43,714 nt of DNA, taken from contig FLMG01003442.1 of the NCBI GenBank assembly GCA_900088475.1, forward strand, positions 1-43,714, read 5' to 3'. Below the pieces are notes generated by a model. The model was given only the letters and a program-made list of their open reading frames with translations, was not told where the DNA came from and ran no database searches. Shown here one piece after another: positions 25,351 through 39,274 of this stretch. The translations under genes were made by a program, and so were the position numbers. The first letter of the stretch is position 1. Each line of letters begins with the position of its first letter. Source of the stretch: Hyphochytrium catenoides. Lineage: Eukaryota > Protista > Hyphochytriomycota.

Positions 25351-26038
25351 CGTACTGACACATCGCAAACCATAGTCTGCCGCTCTCAAGAGCTCCAGCT
25401 ACTGTTCTTCCTCTTCATTGCGTTGCTTCCTCTTCCTCATCAGAGAGCTGATCGCCTGTCGCCCTTGGAAGTTCGTAGTACAACAGTCGTTACACTTTCC
25501 CAAATAGGCATGACCAGGACCAATACAGATTTCGTATACCAAGCCCTAGGACACATGTGTTTGGAATATCGAACCATTTGCTTTCCTATTTCTAATCGCT
25601 TCCAACAGCACAACACTCTCTAACAAAGTGCAACTGTCAAGCTGCGCGGGAGAAGAGCAGCAAGTGGCTTTATTGACGCTACCGCCCTATTATTGAAGAC
25701 TGCTCCTCCTTCGCCATGGTGAAAGCACGCAGCGCCACATGTGGCCCAGGCTATAGGCTTACAAAGTGTAAATCTGATGCAGCGAGCATGGTGAACGAAG
25801 GTGGAGGATGAAGGTCTTACCAACTCTAAGGGACCTAGACTCGGCAGGAAAAGCTTCGTGATCGAGAGGATCGATAACATGCCCCGTGACGGAAACTTGA
25901 GGCCATACTTGGGTGCGGACTCGCAGCAGGCCTTCTAAGGTTCTATCGCCATCCGATGAAGAGAATTGTCGGGTAGTGGTGATAGTATCATGGAAGAATG
26001 ACACGAGACGATCAAGTTGGTGTGCTCTGACGGATAGG

Positions 26039-29000
26039 ATGGATGTCGGTTCGGCAAAGAAGCTCCTGAGGCTTGAGACGTCGGAAAGCTCCGGCGTCGC
26101 GGCTGATCAGTTGCCACTGCTTGAAACAGTGACAACTTCAGTCATCCCTATCGCTGCCCTTCCAGCACCATCTCCCGCTGGCGATCAGGACAACCTCACA
26201 CCCATCAAACCGATCAGACCCTCCCATTGGAATGTGCTTCAGAAGCTTGGGACACCAGGCTTGGCTTCTCTCGGTGAGCCAAGCACCACAGCTTCCGCCA
26301 CGCGCCCTCTTCCCTTACTATCAGCAGCCAGACTAAAATCCAAGCTAAAGCGTCTGCGGAAAAACCGCAAAGAGTCTCAGCGCTTTCTGATCCACCCCAA
26401 ATCTCCGTACAAGCTAGCATGGGATCTCTTCATTAGTCTTCTTATCCTATACAGCGTCCTGAGTGTGCCTTTCCGAATATCTTTCAACGTTGAGCCTCAT
26501 GGTATGGACTTGGTATTGGATCGTGCAGTGGACGTCTTCTTCGGGATAGATATGGTAGTTGTTGTCTTCACTGCTTACTTGACCGATGATGACCGCCTGG
26601 TACTAGACAGGCGGAAAATAGTCCTTCGCTATCTTAAGTCTTGGTTCCTGGTGGATCTAATGTCCACGTTCCCAATGGACGTCTTTGTACAGGAAACTGA
26701 CGTCAACTCAGCCAATGCACTACGCATTATGAAGCTAATGAAGGCCCCGCGACTCTTAAAGGTGCTTCGGCTGCTGAGATTGCGTCGAGTAGCGCATAGC
26801 ATTAGCGACTTACCGATGGGAATGGGTCTGATCAACATGACCTCCCTATTTGCCAAGATTGTCTTCTTGGCCCATTTTCTTAGCTGTCTGTGGTTCTCGC
26901 TAGACACATCCAATCCTGACGCGCCTTCTTGGGTCAAGAGCTTCGACTATGCCAATGCAAGTTCCTCACAGCAGTACCTTGCCAGTCTATACTGGGTTAT
27001 CTTCACTATGATGACGATTGGATACGGGAACATCCACGCCACCAACGATGCAGAGCGAGTTTTCTCCATATTTACCCAGTTCATTGGATCCGTTGCGTTC
27101 GGCTGGATTATCGCTACCGTGACCAGGATAGTGGAAGCGATGAATCCAAGAGCTACAAAGAGGAAATTTCAAGTGGATGCTCTCCGCTATCTGATGGAGG
27201 AGTACGGTGTCTCTCGAAGGCTTAAAAGACGCATTCTTCACCAGTTCCACAACCATCTCTCAAGGACATTAGAGTTCCCAGACTCGGAGTTTGTTGAGTC
27301 CATGCATCAGCACATGCGTACATCACTGGTTACCCAGATGCACAAGAGTGTCATCGACGACATAAAACTCTTCCATCACCTTGACTCAAATCTAGTAGCC
27401 TTTCTTGCTGTTTTCCTGTGTCCAGTGCACCTGACTCCTGGCCGAAGTCTATTGGTCCCCGGGGACTATCCAGAGGAAGTCTATTTTATCGTGAAAGGTA
27501 CAGTGAAGTTTGGTTACGCAAGAAAGGATGGGACGGTGGTTTATGCCGGTGTGCTAAGCGACGGAGAGGATATCGCACTATGTGAAGCACTTCTCGATAA
27601 GCCATGCTTACGGTATTATAAGACTCTCTCTGCCTGTGAGGCCTACTCGCTGCAGAGGGAGAAGCTCTATGAAGCATTGCGACTTTATCCGAAGGGTGGA
27701 CTCCAAGAGTATGCAGAGCGCTGGGGTAAAACCTTGGATAGTTTGGCGCTTTGGTTGGACCATGGGAGTGACAAAGCTTGGACGCCTCACGTTCTCGTAA
27801 AAGGCGTCGTTCGGCCTTTGTCGGAGGTACGGAACCAGGTCGCTTACTTGGACTCAAATATGCCAAGGCGCTCTTCGATTATTCACGTCAGTGACACAGC
27901 CGACAAAACGGAAGAGGCGGCGGGCAAGAATAGCGGGGAAGGTAGTGATCAAAGTGAGGCAGAGTTATGGAAGCTCTATCTTATACACCCTCGCAGCGTG
28001 TTGAAGTTAAGGTGGGACATGGCGATGGGGGTGTTGACCATCTACAGTGTTATAGTTCTGCCTGTCAAGATCGCTTTTTCCAGAAATTTCACCGAGATGG
28101 ACTGGTTGCTCGACATCCTCCTTGACTTAACCTTCTTGCTGGATATGGTCCTCACAACGCGGACAGCAACTTACGAGACTGCTAGTGACACCCTGATGAC
28201 GGACCCAAAGAAAATATTGAAGAACTACCTCGGAAGCTGGTTTCTCCTGGATTTCGTGGCCGCATTTCCTATAGACATGCTAGTTGAGGCTGCAGTAGAT
28301 ACCCCCACAGCGGATCTCACGGGGTTAAAGCTTATTCGGGGTGTGAGGCTCTTCCGCTTGCTAAAAATGTTCCGTCTGTCCAGACTCAAGAGAAGCTTCA
28401 GATACATCGACGAAATGATAGCCATCCATCCATCGCTGTTACGGTCTATCCAGCTGACCATCCAACTAATCTTTATCGCCCATACAATGGGTTGTCTTTG
28501 GGTCTTTGTTTCCAATATGTCTAGCCAAGACGGCACAAAAACCTGGTGGAACAGGGTTGGCATTGAGTCCAACGACACTCTATCGTTATACATCGGCAGC
28601 ATTTATTGGATCTTCACCACAATGACCACGGTAGGGTATGGAGATATATATCCAGTCTCTGAAGGCGAGTTTGTCTTTTGTATCATCTTCATGCTGTTTG
28701 GAGCGACCGTATTCGGTTATGTTATTGGTAGTGTCAGCAACCTCGTCTCCAACCTATTGGCGCCTGAGTCAGACCTTCTGACCCTGAAAAGGCTCACGAT
28801 GGACTATCTTCAGAAGCAAGACGTGCCAAAGAAATTGGAAAAGGGAATCCGGCGCTACTATGACTATCTGGGTGCGTCCTCGATTCTGCAACCTAGCAAC
28901 TCTACTTTGCGCAGTATACCCCGCAGCCTCCAGCAGGAGATTCTGATGCACGCCAATGAGGAGCTCTTTAAGAAGGTGGCCATCTTCCACTTGGCAGATC

Positions 29001-29413
29001 CACGTTTTATCATTAAGGTCTTCTCCGAGATGACGGTTGAATCGTTCTTAGAACAAGAAGTCATCCTACTGCCGAATTCTGAGGGCTCCAGAGTTTTCTT
29101 CCTTGTGGAGGGTTCAGTCTATATAGAGTACGGCTCCGACCTTAAGTCCGGCCGACTAGGAACCAATCGGTTGGTCAAACCTGGAGAGTTCTTTGGGCAC
29201 GAGGCTCTCGTTACTGGCAAACCGAATGCGTACAAGGCTATGACCGTCCAGAACTCGACTGTTCTGGTGTTGTCTAAGCTGGGAATTGCTCGCATTCAAG
29301 CAAGCTCTGCAGTCCTTGGACAGGCTTTGATGCAAGCCTTGACACGAGCGATAGCGGCTCAGAGGTCGACGCAAAATCGCAACGAGACTAGGAGGATGGT
29401 TGTGCCCAAATAG
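26039..29413 (+). CDS. Tandem two-repeat voltage-gated K+ channel with cyclic-nucleotide-binding (homology) domains (KCNH/HCN/CNG superfamily)
   Basis: Uninterrupted ORF with two copies of IHP..WD...YLxSWFLxD...S4 (RLLKVLRLLRLRR / RLFRLLKMFRLSRLKR)...pore (MMTIGYGNI / MTTVGYGDI)...C-linker...CNBD. The first ATG is at 26039; an upstream exon is possible. Confidence 0.92.
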   Translation: MDVGSAKKLLRLETSESSGVAADQLPLLETVTTSVIPIAALPAPSPAGDQDNLTPIKPIRPSHWNVLQKLGTPGLASLGEPSTTASATRPLPLLSAARLKSKLKRLRKNRKESQRFLIHPKSPYKLAWDLFISLLILYSVLSVPFRISFNVEPHGMDLVLDRAVDVFFGIDMVVVVFTAYLTDDDRLVLDRRKIVLRYLKSWFLVDLMSTFPMDVFVQETDVNSANALRIMKLMKAPRLLKVLRLLRLRRVAHSISDLPMGMGLINMTSLFAKIVFLAHFLSCLWFSLDTSNPDAPSWVKSFDYANASSSQQYLASLYWVIFTMMTIGYGNIHATNDAERVFSIFTQFIGSVAFGWIIATVTRIVEAMNPRATKRKFQVDALRYLMEEYGVSRRLKRRILHQFHNHLSRTLEFPDSEFVESMHQHMRTSLVTQMHKSVIDDIKLFHHLDSNLVAFLAVFLCPVHLTPGRSLLVPGDYPEEVYFIVKGTVKFGYARKDGTVVYAGVLSDGEDIALCEALLDKPCLRYYKTLSACEAYSLQREKLYEALRLYPKGGLQEYAERWGKTLDSLALWLDHGSDKAWTPHVLVKGVVRPLSEVRNQVAYLDSNMPRRSSIIHVSDTADKTEEAAGKNSGEGSDQSEAELWKLYLIHPRSVLKLRWDMAMGVLTIYSVIVLPVKIAFSRNFTEMDWLLDILLDLTFLLDMVLTTRTATYETASDTLMTDPKKILKNYLGSWFLLDFVAAFPIDMLVEAAVDTPTADLTGLKLIRGVRLFRLLKMFRLSRLKRSFRYIDEMIAIHPSLLRSIQLTIQLIFIAHTMGCLWVFVSNMSSQDGTKTWWNRVGIESNDTLSLYIGSIYWIFTTMTTVGYGDIYPVSEGEFVFCIIFMLFGATVFGYVIGSVSNLVSNLLAPESDLLTLKRLTMDYLQKQDVPKKLEKGIRRYYDYLGASSILQPSNSTLRSIPRSLQQEILMHANEELFKKVAIFHLADPRFIIKVFSEMTVESFLEQEVILLPNSEGSRVFFLVEGSVYIEYGSDLKSGRLGTNRLVKPGEFFGHEALVTGKPNAYKAMTVQNSTVLVLSKLGIARIQASSAVLGQALMQALTRAIAAQRSTQNRNETRRMVVPK

Positions 29414-29589
29414 TACCAGCCTCCAAATGTGTCACACAGACAGTGTGGCCCTTAGTAGCACCACTAATCACAGAATAATTTATTGATAGTTCATGCTTGA
29501 GACTCGTGAATACAAATGCCCACGTCCTTGCCTGCTGTCACTCGAGCAAAGAGCCACGCATGTATGCTACGACCTAAGATGTCCTTTCT

Positions 29590-30555
29590 TCACTTAGACT
29601 CAGCAATAGGATTTAAGCTACTGTTTGGCGCAGGGGCCGTTGTCGCCACAGCATCGCCTCTCAGTAGAGACGGTAGGGGAATCCAATCGCCGATGGATTT
29701 CAGCAGCGAAGAACCGCTATTAGTCTATGATCCGCAATGTAAGGCCGGAGCATGGCTAACTACTATCAAAGTGATGTCATGCTTACCTCCATTGAGGATC
29801 CCGCATGCTCTCTTCCTTTAGCTTTGTGAGGAGATTCCTCACTTGCTCGCCCAGCTCCGATATCGTGAGGTGGATGACCCTCAGCTTCTCTCCCTTGAGA
29901 CATGCCAAATTTGTCCCCAGTAGCATCGTCAACGGTGCAGCTGCGCGACCCACTATGCGGAGGTGCAGGGGATGATATTGATGGATGTCTCGTAGGGCTT
30001 CCTGGTCGGGCTGGTCTCTTGATGTACTTTGACTTAGGGGAGGGGTTGAGAGGCTTCTCCAGTGGTAGAGTGAAAGGCGGTTCTCGGGTAGACGACGAGT
30101 TCTCCATCCAGCTTGGCGGGATGACCTCTCTCCAGCTGGCCCCAGTCTGTGAAAGCTGGGCGTTCCCTGACTTAGCATGATCGACAGAGTATACGGAATA
30201 TTGAGGGACAGCGCCGCGCGTGATGTCCAAAGACTCGGAAATCGTAGTCTTCAACACTGCAGCAGGAGCTCCTATGGCAGTGCATACCTCACTTTGTAGT
30301 TGCTTGCGCTGAGTTGTGTTACATTCCTGGTGAGGCGGTTGTTTCAAAAAGAAAATTATTGACTTGATCTGTGCATACCACTTTGTCCTGGTCCACTGGC
30401 GCGGCAACTAAGATATCTGCAAGCTTAGTATGAGCTGGGACCTATAGACAACAAGCGGTTATGCTGTAAGGCCAATGGCGTATGTGAAGATTGGGTCGCA
30501 ACCCGAATCAAGGGCTCACCTTCTCCTCCTTTTCGATGCTGCAGCAGACTCCCAT
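29590..30555 (-). CDS. Hypothetical spliced protein with an N-terminal MGVCCS acylation-like motif
   Basis: ATG GGA GTC TGC TGC AGC...AAG|gtgagc. Further GT-AG junctions link in frame to ORF 29766-30407 and to a last exon ending TGA at 29590. The product is S/P-rich and has no recognised domain. Confidence 0.45.
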
Positions 30556-31213
30556 GGCAGCCCTTTCTGGATAGAGTTCAAGTGAGGAGCCACGTTGTAA
30601 GATCTCCACGCCCTGCCCTTCTTGGCTCTTCAATCTCTTCTGCCGCGATGGATAGCATAAAGAAGAGCCCCTGTCCTCATTCTCCCTTCCTCAACGCCAG
30701 CAAAATTCTCCTGGACGAGCTAAGATTGGCTCTGTGTGTAGGGGAACTGAGAGTGAGGTCGAGCAAGAGGACGAGAGAGCTGCTAGGAGAAGATCGATTG
30801 GGACGTCGGCGCTGGATTAGGACATCAGCTGGAGAAGAAAGAATAACGCCCCAGAGGACCGTTAACGCCCAGAGCTGCATGTTCTGAAGATGCCTGTACA
30901 GTCCAGATGGAGACCCAATAATGCCTCTTTGCAGCGGGAGGGCAATGGCTCCATTGTCAAGCTCCATTAGTGCCATACTGCTAAAGCGGCCTTAGTCCAA
31001 ACGTTAGTCAATAGTGGAGACTAGGTTACGGTCTTCAGCAGTGAGGAGAACTGGCAGCGAGTGAAGGTCCAACCTTAGACTTCTCAACAGCTCGCGGGTC
31101 CACTTACGGCTTGTTCCGGGGAGTCAGTGAGGATAAGAAGGAAAGCAGACAGAAATAACTCTATACTGGCGGAGGAGTTATTGAATAGAGCTCTTCCTTT
31201 GAGCTGAACAACG

Positions 31214-35045
<3,832 letters not shown>

Positions 35046-35206
35046 CGAGGACTAAGGCAAAAGAGGGAACGAAATGACCAGTTGATGTTGGTTACGAGTT
35101 CAGATGGACATGACTCCGCCTTCAAACCAAGCTTTGGCTTCTATCATCATCGTTATTTGTCAGCGTAAACTAGGCTTATTATTCCTTCCCCTACCAGCCA
35201 ACTGCT

Positions 35207-37842
35207 CTAATGATGAGTGTCTGAATGCCGCTGCGGTGGGCCTTGACTTTGACCTGAAAGACGCTGAGGATAGGTTGGGCCAGACCACTCTGCTGCGGAG
35301 GAATTCAAAGGTTGACCCCGACCCTTTTGGTGGCGCAGAGACTGCTTTCCCTGCCACTCACCCCCGGGTACAGTGCTGGTAACCACACCTCCAATTGTGT
35401 GCATCACAGGCGGAGAGGGACCTGTAACGTTAGCCATGCCGTACTGACCCTGTCGTGTGGGGTATGCTGGGATCTCCATCCCTCCAGAAGAGACAGGAAT
35501 CATATCCCCGCCGGGGGCATACCAGCTCTGTCCTGTCATGTCATAGCTCTGACTATCCATCACCGTCTGGCCGGGCATCAACATCATCTGTGGGTGGGGC
35601 ACGAAAAGAGATCCATCTGGGGCCTGCAAAATCTGCTGACCCATGTGAGAGTCTCCTACTTGTCGGCCAGTCGCCTGGTACATTCCTGAAGGGTTCATTC
35701 CCATCATCATAGAAGGCTGAGTAGGATACATCATCATCTGTTGCCGCATCATTTGTTGGATCTGTAGTTGTTGCTGTTGCATTTGAAGTTCAGCTATCGC
35801 CTGAGCAGACATCGGCCGTTGTTCCATCATTTGCCCACCAGGAGGCATGGAGGCCTGGAATGCTGGTTGAAAGCCCTGTCCCTCCGTCGTCGGACGCGCT
35901 GTTCCTTGTTGTGGTCGCCCGCGCTCTCCTGTACTCGCTGTACGACCGGTACCTGCAAGCGCAGCACTTTGAGGAAGACTGGAAGGCTGATTCGGCCCTT
36001 CGGGCGCTTGCCGTTGGGATGCAGCTGGTATCGAAGCATTTTTGGTTCGCTCCGTCTGTACGTTCTGAGTAGTAGGCTGACTTGATTGCAACTCCACACC
36101 GTTGGATTGCTTCGACTGGTCTGCTTGAGAAGCAGCCGTCCACGCCTTCCGCTGAGCAGAGTACGAGCTTTCCTTCGGTGTATCCACCGCCAGCACCCCT
36201 GGTGCTTCAGAAGACTCAGTGGCGCGAGACAGCTCACGGCGAGGATGTCGGTAGTCCTGACTTCTCCCATCTTGATAGTCTTGTGAGATAAAAGACAGAA
36301 AACGGAAATGAGAACAGGGATAGCGAAGGACGAAAAAAATATGACGAAGGACGACGAAATGACGGAGATTAAGCGTTCGAATAAGAATATTTTGCTCACA
36401 AGGCGACTCTAACACGTGTAACCTTACCTCCTTTACCGCCATAACCCTTCTTGCTCGAAGTTCTCCTAGGAGACTCTGTAGCATCATCACGCCTCGTGGT
36501 TTTGCCGGCCTCCTCATGCTGCTGCTGAGATCTTCGCCTCTGGTCTGGGTTCCATCTATCTCTTTCTGCCCTCTCTCTGGTGGGATGACCTCCTCTACCT
36601 CTAGCGCTTGGTTGCCATCCTCTACCCCTGCCTCTACTGTATGAACGCTCCCGTTCTTCCTGCTGGTCAGATTGGTCCGATGGGTTTGTAGACCGTCTTC
36701 TGTCATGTTCTCCCCTTTTTCCCTCATCCCAGCCACCCGCGGTTTTGCTAGACCTAGCCTCTCCAACCTCTTCCGTATTCGGCCCTGTCCTACGCACCCT
36801 ACCCTCCTCGTCTGGGATGCGAGTCGCGTCCACCGGAGTAGAGGCACGACGCTGGCTTCGATTCCCACTACCACTACTTCTGCGTCCTGCACCAGCAACG
36901 TTGGGCTTGTTTTCATGTTCACTCTCTTGTCTGTCTCCCCTTCCTTCACCTCCTCTGGAACGACCACGTCCCCTAGGTCCCGATGATCGCCTTCTTTGTG
37001 GACCACCGCTGAATCCCCGACGACGGCGACTGCTCATCCAAGAAGGCTCATCCTCAATGGCGCCACTCCCATCATCTAAGTCCAGCTGTTCAAACCGATC
37101 GTGTGTCCATCGCTCATTGTCGTCTTGGTCAGCCTCCCATAGCGCCTTAGGACTACAAAGACAGAAGAACCACGGCAGCATTAATAATTTTTCAGTTCAT
37201 TCTTTCAAAAGAGAGCAAAGAGACACTCTTACCTCTCTGATTCTCTCCTATCGCTTGTGTCCTCCTCGGTATTCTCCTGACCGCGGCTGTAGCGATCGTC
37301 ATGGAGGAAGAATTCTCCTCTCTTTGGAACAACCGTCGGATCGCTGCGCTTCGGAGCTTTCTCAGCCTTCGCGGGACTCTCCGCTTCGTCACTGGAGGCC
37401 CCGTTTTCTCCTTCCCCTTCTCCTTCTGCACCTTGGTCCTCGTCACTTTCCTCCACATCTGAGGCCAATTCCTGTTCGTCCTGACCCGTGCCTGCTTCTT
37501 CTTCATCTTCTTCCTCCTCCTCATCTTCCTCTTCATCGTCGTCCTCCTCATGTTCTTCCTCCTCATCTTCTTCCTCGTCTTCCTCTCCAGCTGTTTCCTC
37601 CAACTCGCTGTCTTCAAAGTGTTCAGCCTCCATCTCATTGGCAACCTCTACTACTTCATTGCCAGCTGGATAAAGTCAGTGTTAGTGGGGCACATGCAGT
37701 TTGAAGAGTAGAAAAGACCCCTCTTACCTTTCTGAACACCTTGAGGAGAGGTATCCTGCTCCGGATCACCTTCCCCAGCTTCGTCGAGCTCAGGATCTTC
37801 CTCTTCGTCATCTTCAGCTGCAGTCCTTCTCCGGCGATTCAT
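35207..37842 (-). CDS. CASC3: CASC3/MLN51/Barentsz (Btz/SELOR domain) exon-junction-complex protein
   Basis: Acidic N-terminus, then DPTVVPKRGEFFLHDDR...ALWEADQDDNERWTHDRFEQL (Btz domain signature), an RG-rich region and a Q/M/P-rich C-terminus. Three GT-AG introns join ORFs 37651-37842, 37229-37633, 36396-37181 and the distal part of 35207-37006. Confidence 0.8.
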
Positions 37843-39274
37843 GCTCAGGATCTTGTCTTTGGTCTTCTAACTGTTCCTAGTGACAACCAAGCTCGACTCC
37901 AATCCACTACGTCCCGGGTATATCTTTGCTTCTGTTTTCCCGTCTACTCTTAAGGATATTACTCCGTCGTCACGGCAAGAACATATAAACGAGCAGTGGC
38001 TCTCAGTGTCAAAAGGTAGGACCCAGGAGTCAAGGAGCTTAATAGTCGACGGAGTCTCTTCAACCTTAGCGGAGCAGAGATGGGCAGCAAGATGGGATGA
38101 AGGAACGTGTTGATGCTTTGAAGAGGACAATGCAAGCCTTGCCTGGCCTTGAGAGACAGAAGCTCGGTCCCAGAAGCTTCATAGCTTGGATCCGCAAAGG
38201 GCAAAGGAAACCAGGCCACATGGGCGCAATAACAAGAGAAGCTTCACAGAGGCAAGAGAGGAAGACAGAGTGATAGACAGGTAGACAGATAACCAAAGAG
38301 GTAGATGCAAGAGTACCGTTTGTAGAGAGTACACGACAGTCATGAGAGACAGAGAATGATAGAAAGATCAAGAGATAGAGAGCTGCAATGTAGCTTGTGT
38401 AATCCAACATTAACACCAGCGGCTATGGACCTTCCCTATTATTCGTGATAACATAATCTGAAATACTCCCATAAACCCGAATTAGCAACCTTTTATGACG
38501 AATACGTCCGCTTCATCACTTCATCGAATTTCAAAGCCCACGCTGATTTTGCCACAGGGGCCTTCACTATCCCTGGACACAGAATTGAAGCCTATATTGT
38601 TCTCTATTGCGAGAGCCTGTAATCGTTGCCCTTGGTCAAAATAGTTCCCAACAAGCATCCGCGACTTGTAGTACTTGTAGTACTTGTACTTGAAGGTTTA
38701 CTTGCAGTGAAAGTGGAGTGGAGCCAATAATAATAATACGAAATGATGAATATTTATGCTCCTGCAAGTCTCAAGTCTGGCGGTTCGAAGACTTTAATTC
38801 TTGTAAGTACTTGGGCGTCGTCCCATCATCAAAGGTCAAGAAGAGCGCGCTGAAGAGAGTCTGAAAGCTCAAAAAGAGCTTCAAAAAGGCAAAAACCTTG
38901 GGCACAGTCTCTCTGCCCTGAGTCATAGCACGTTATCGACTCGAAGCTCAGCGCTGTTACCGTGTCAGGATGTGGATGCAACAGCGCTCATTAGAAAGAG
39001 TTGAGGGACGGGACGGCCGACGATAGGCAAGGCAAGAGCTACTAACTAAGAAAGCTATTATCTTTATGGTCAAGAGATGACCTACTCGATCCTAGTCAGG
39101 TTTACAGTCTGTTCACATGTAGATGTTAGGATCTTGGGCTCGATCTCCTACCCCTCAAGAACTGCTATTGAGAGGTACACCAACAAAGGTATGGAGAGCT
39201 GCCATCTTCGAAGCATGAAGAACACAACCTACTCTTGTAATGCTTTGAATTCAGAAGGATAGCTACGACTGGAG

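Noticed and set aside
36745-37704. 319-aa + strand ORF
   Set aside because: It is the antisense shadow of the acidic and RG-rich CASC3 exons.
37952-37959. ATATCCTT on the minus strand upstream of the CASC3 start (possible second U12 donor)
   Set aside because: There is no CCTTAAC-like branch site followed by AC/AG before the ATG at 37842, and no reading frame needs it.
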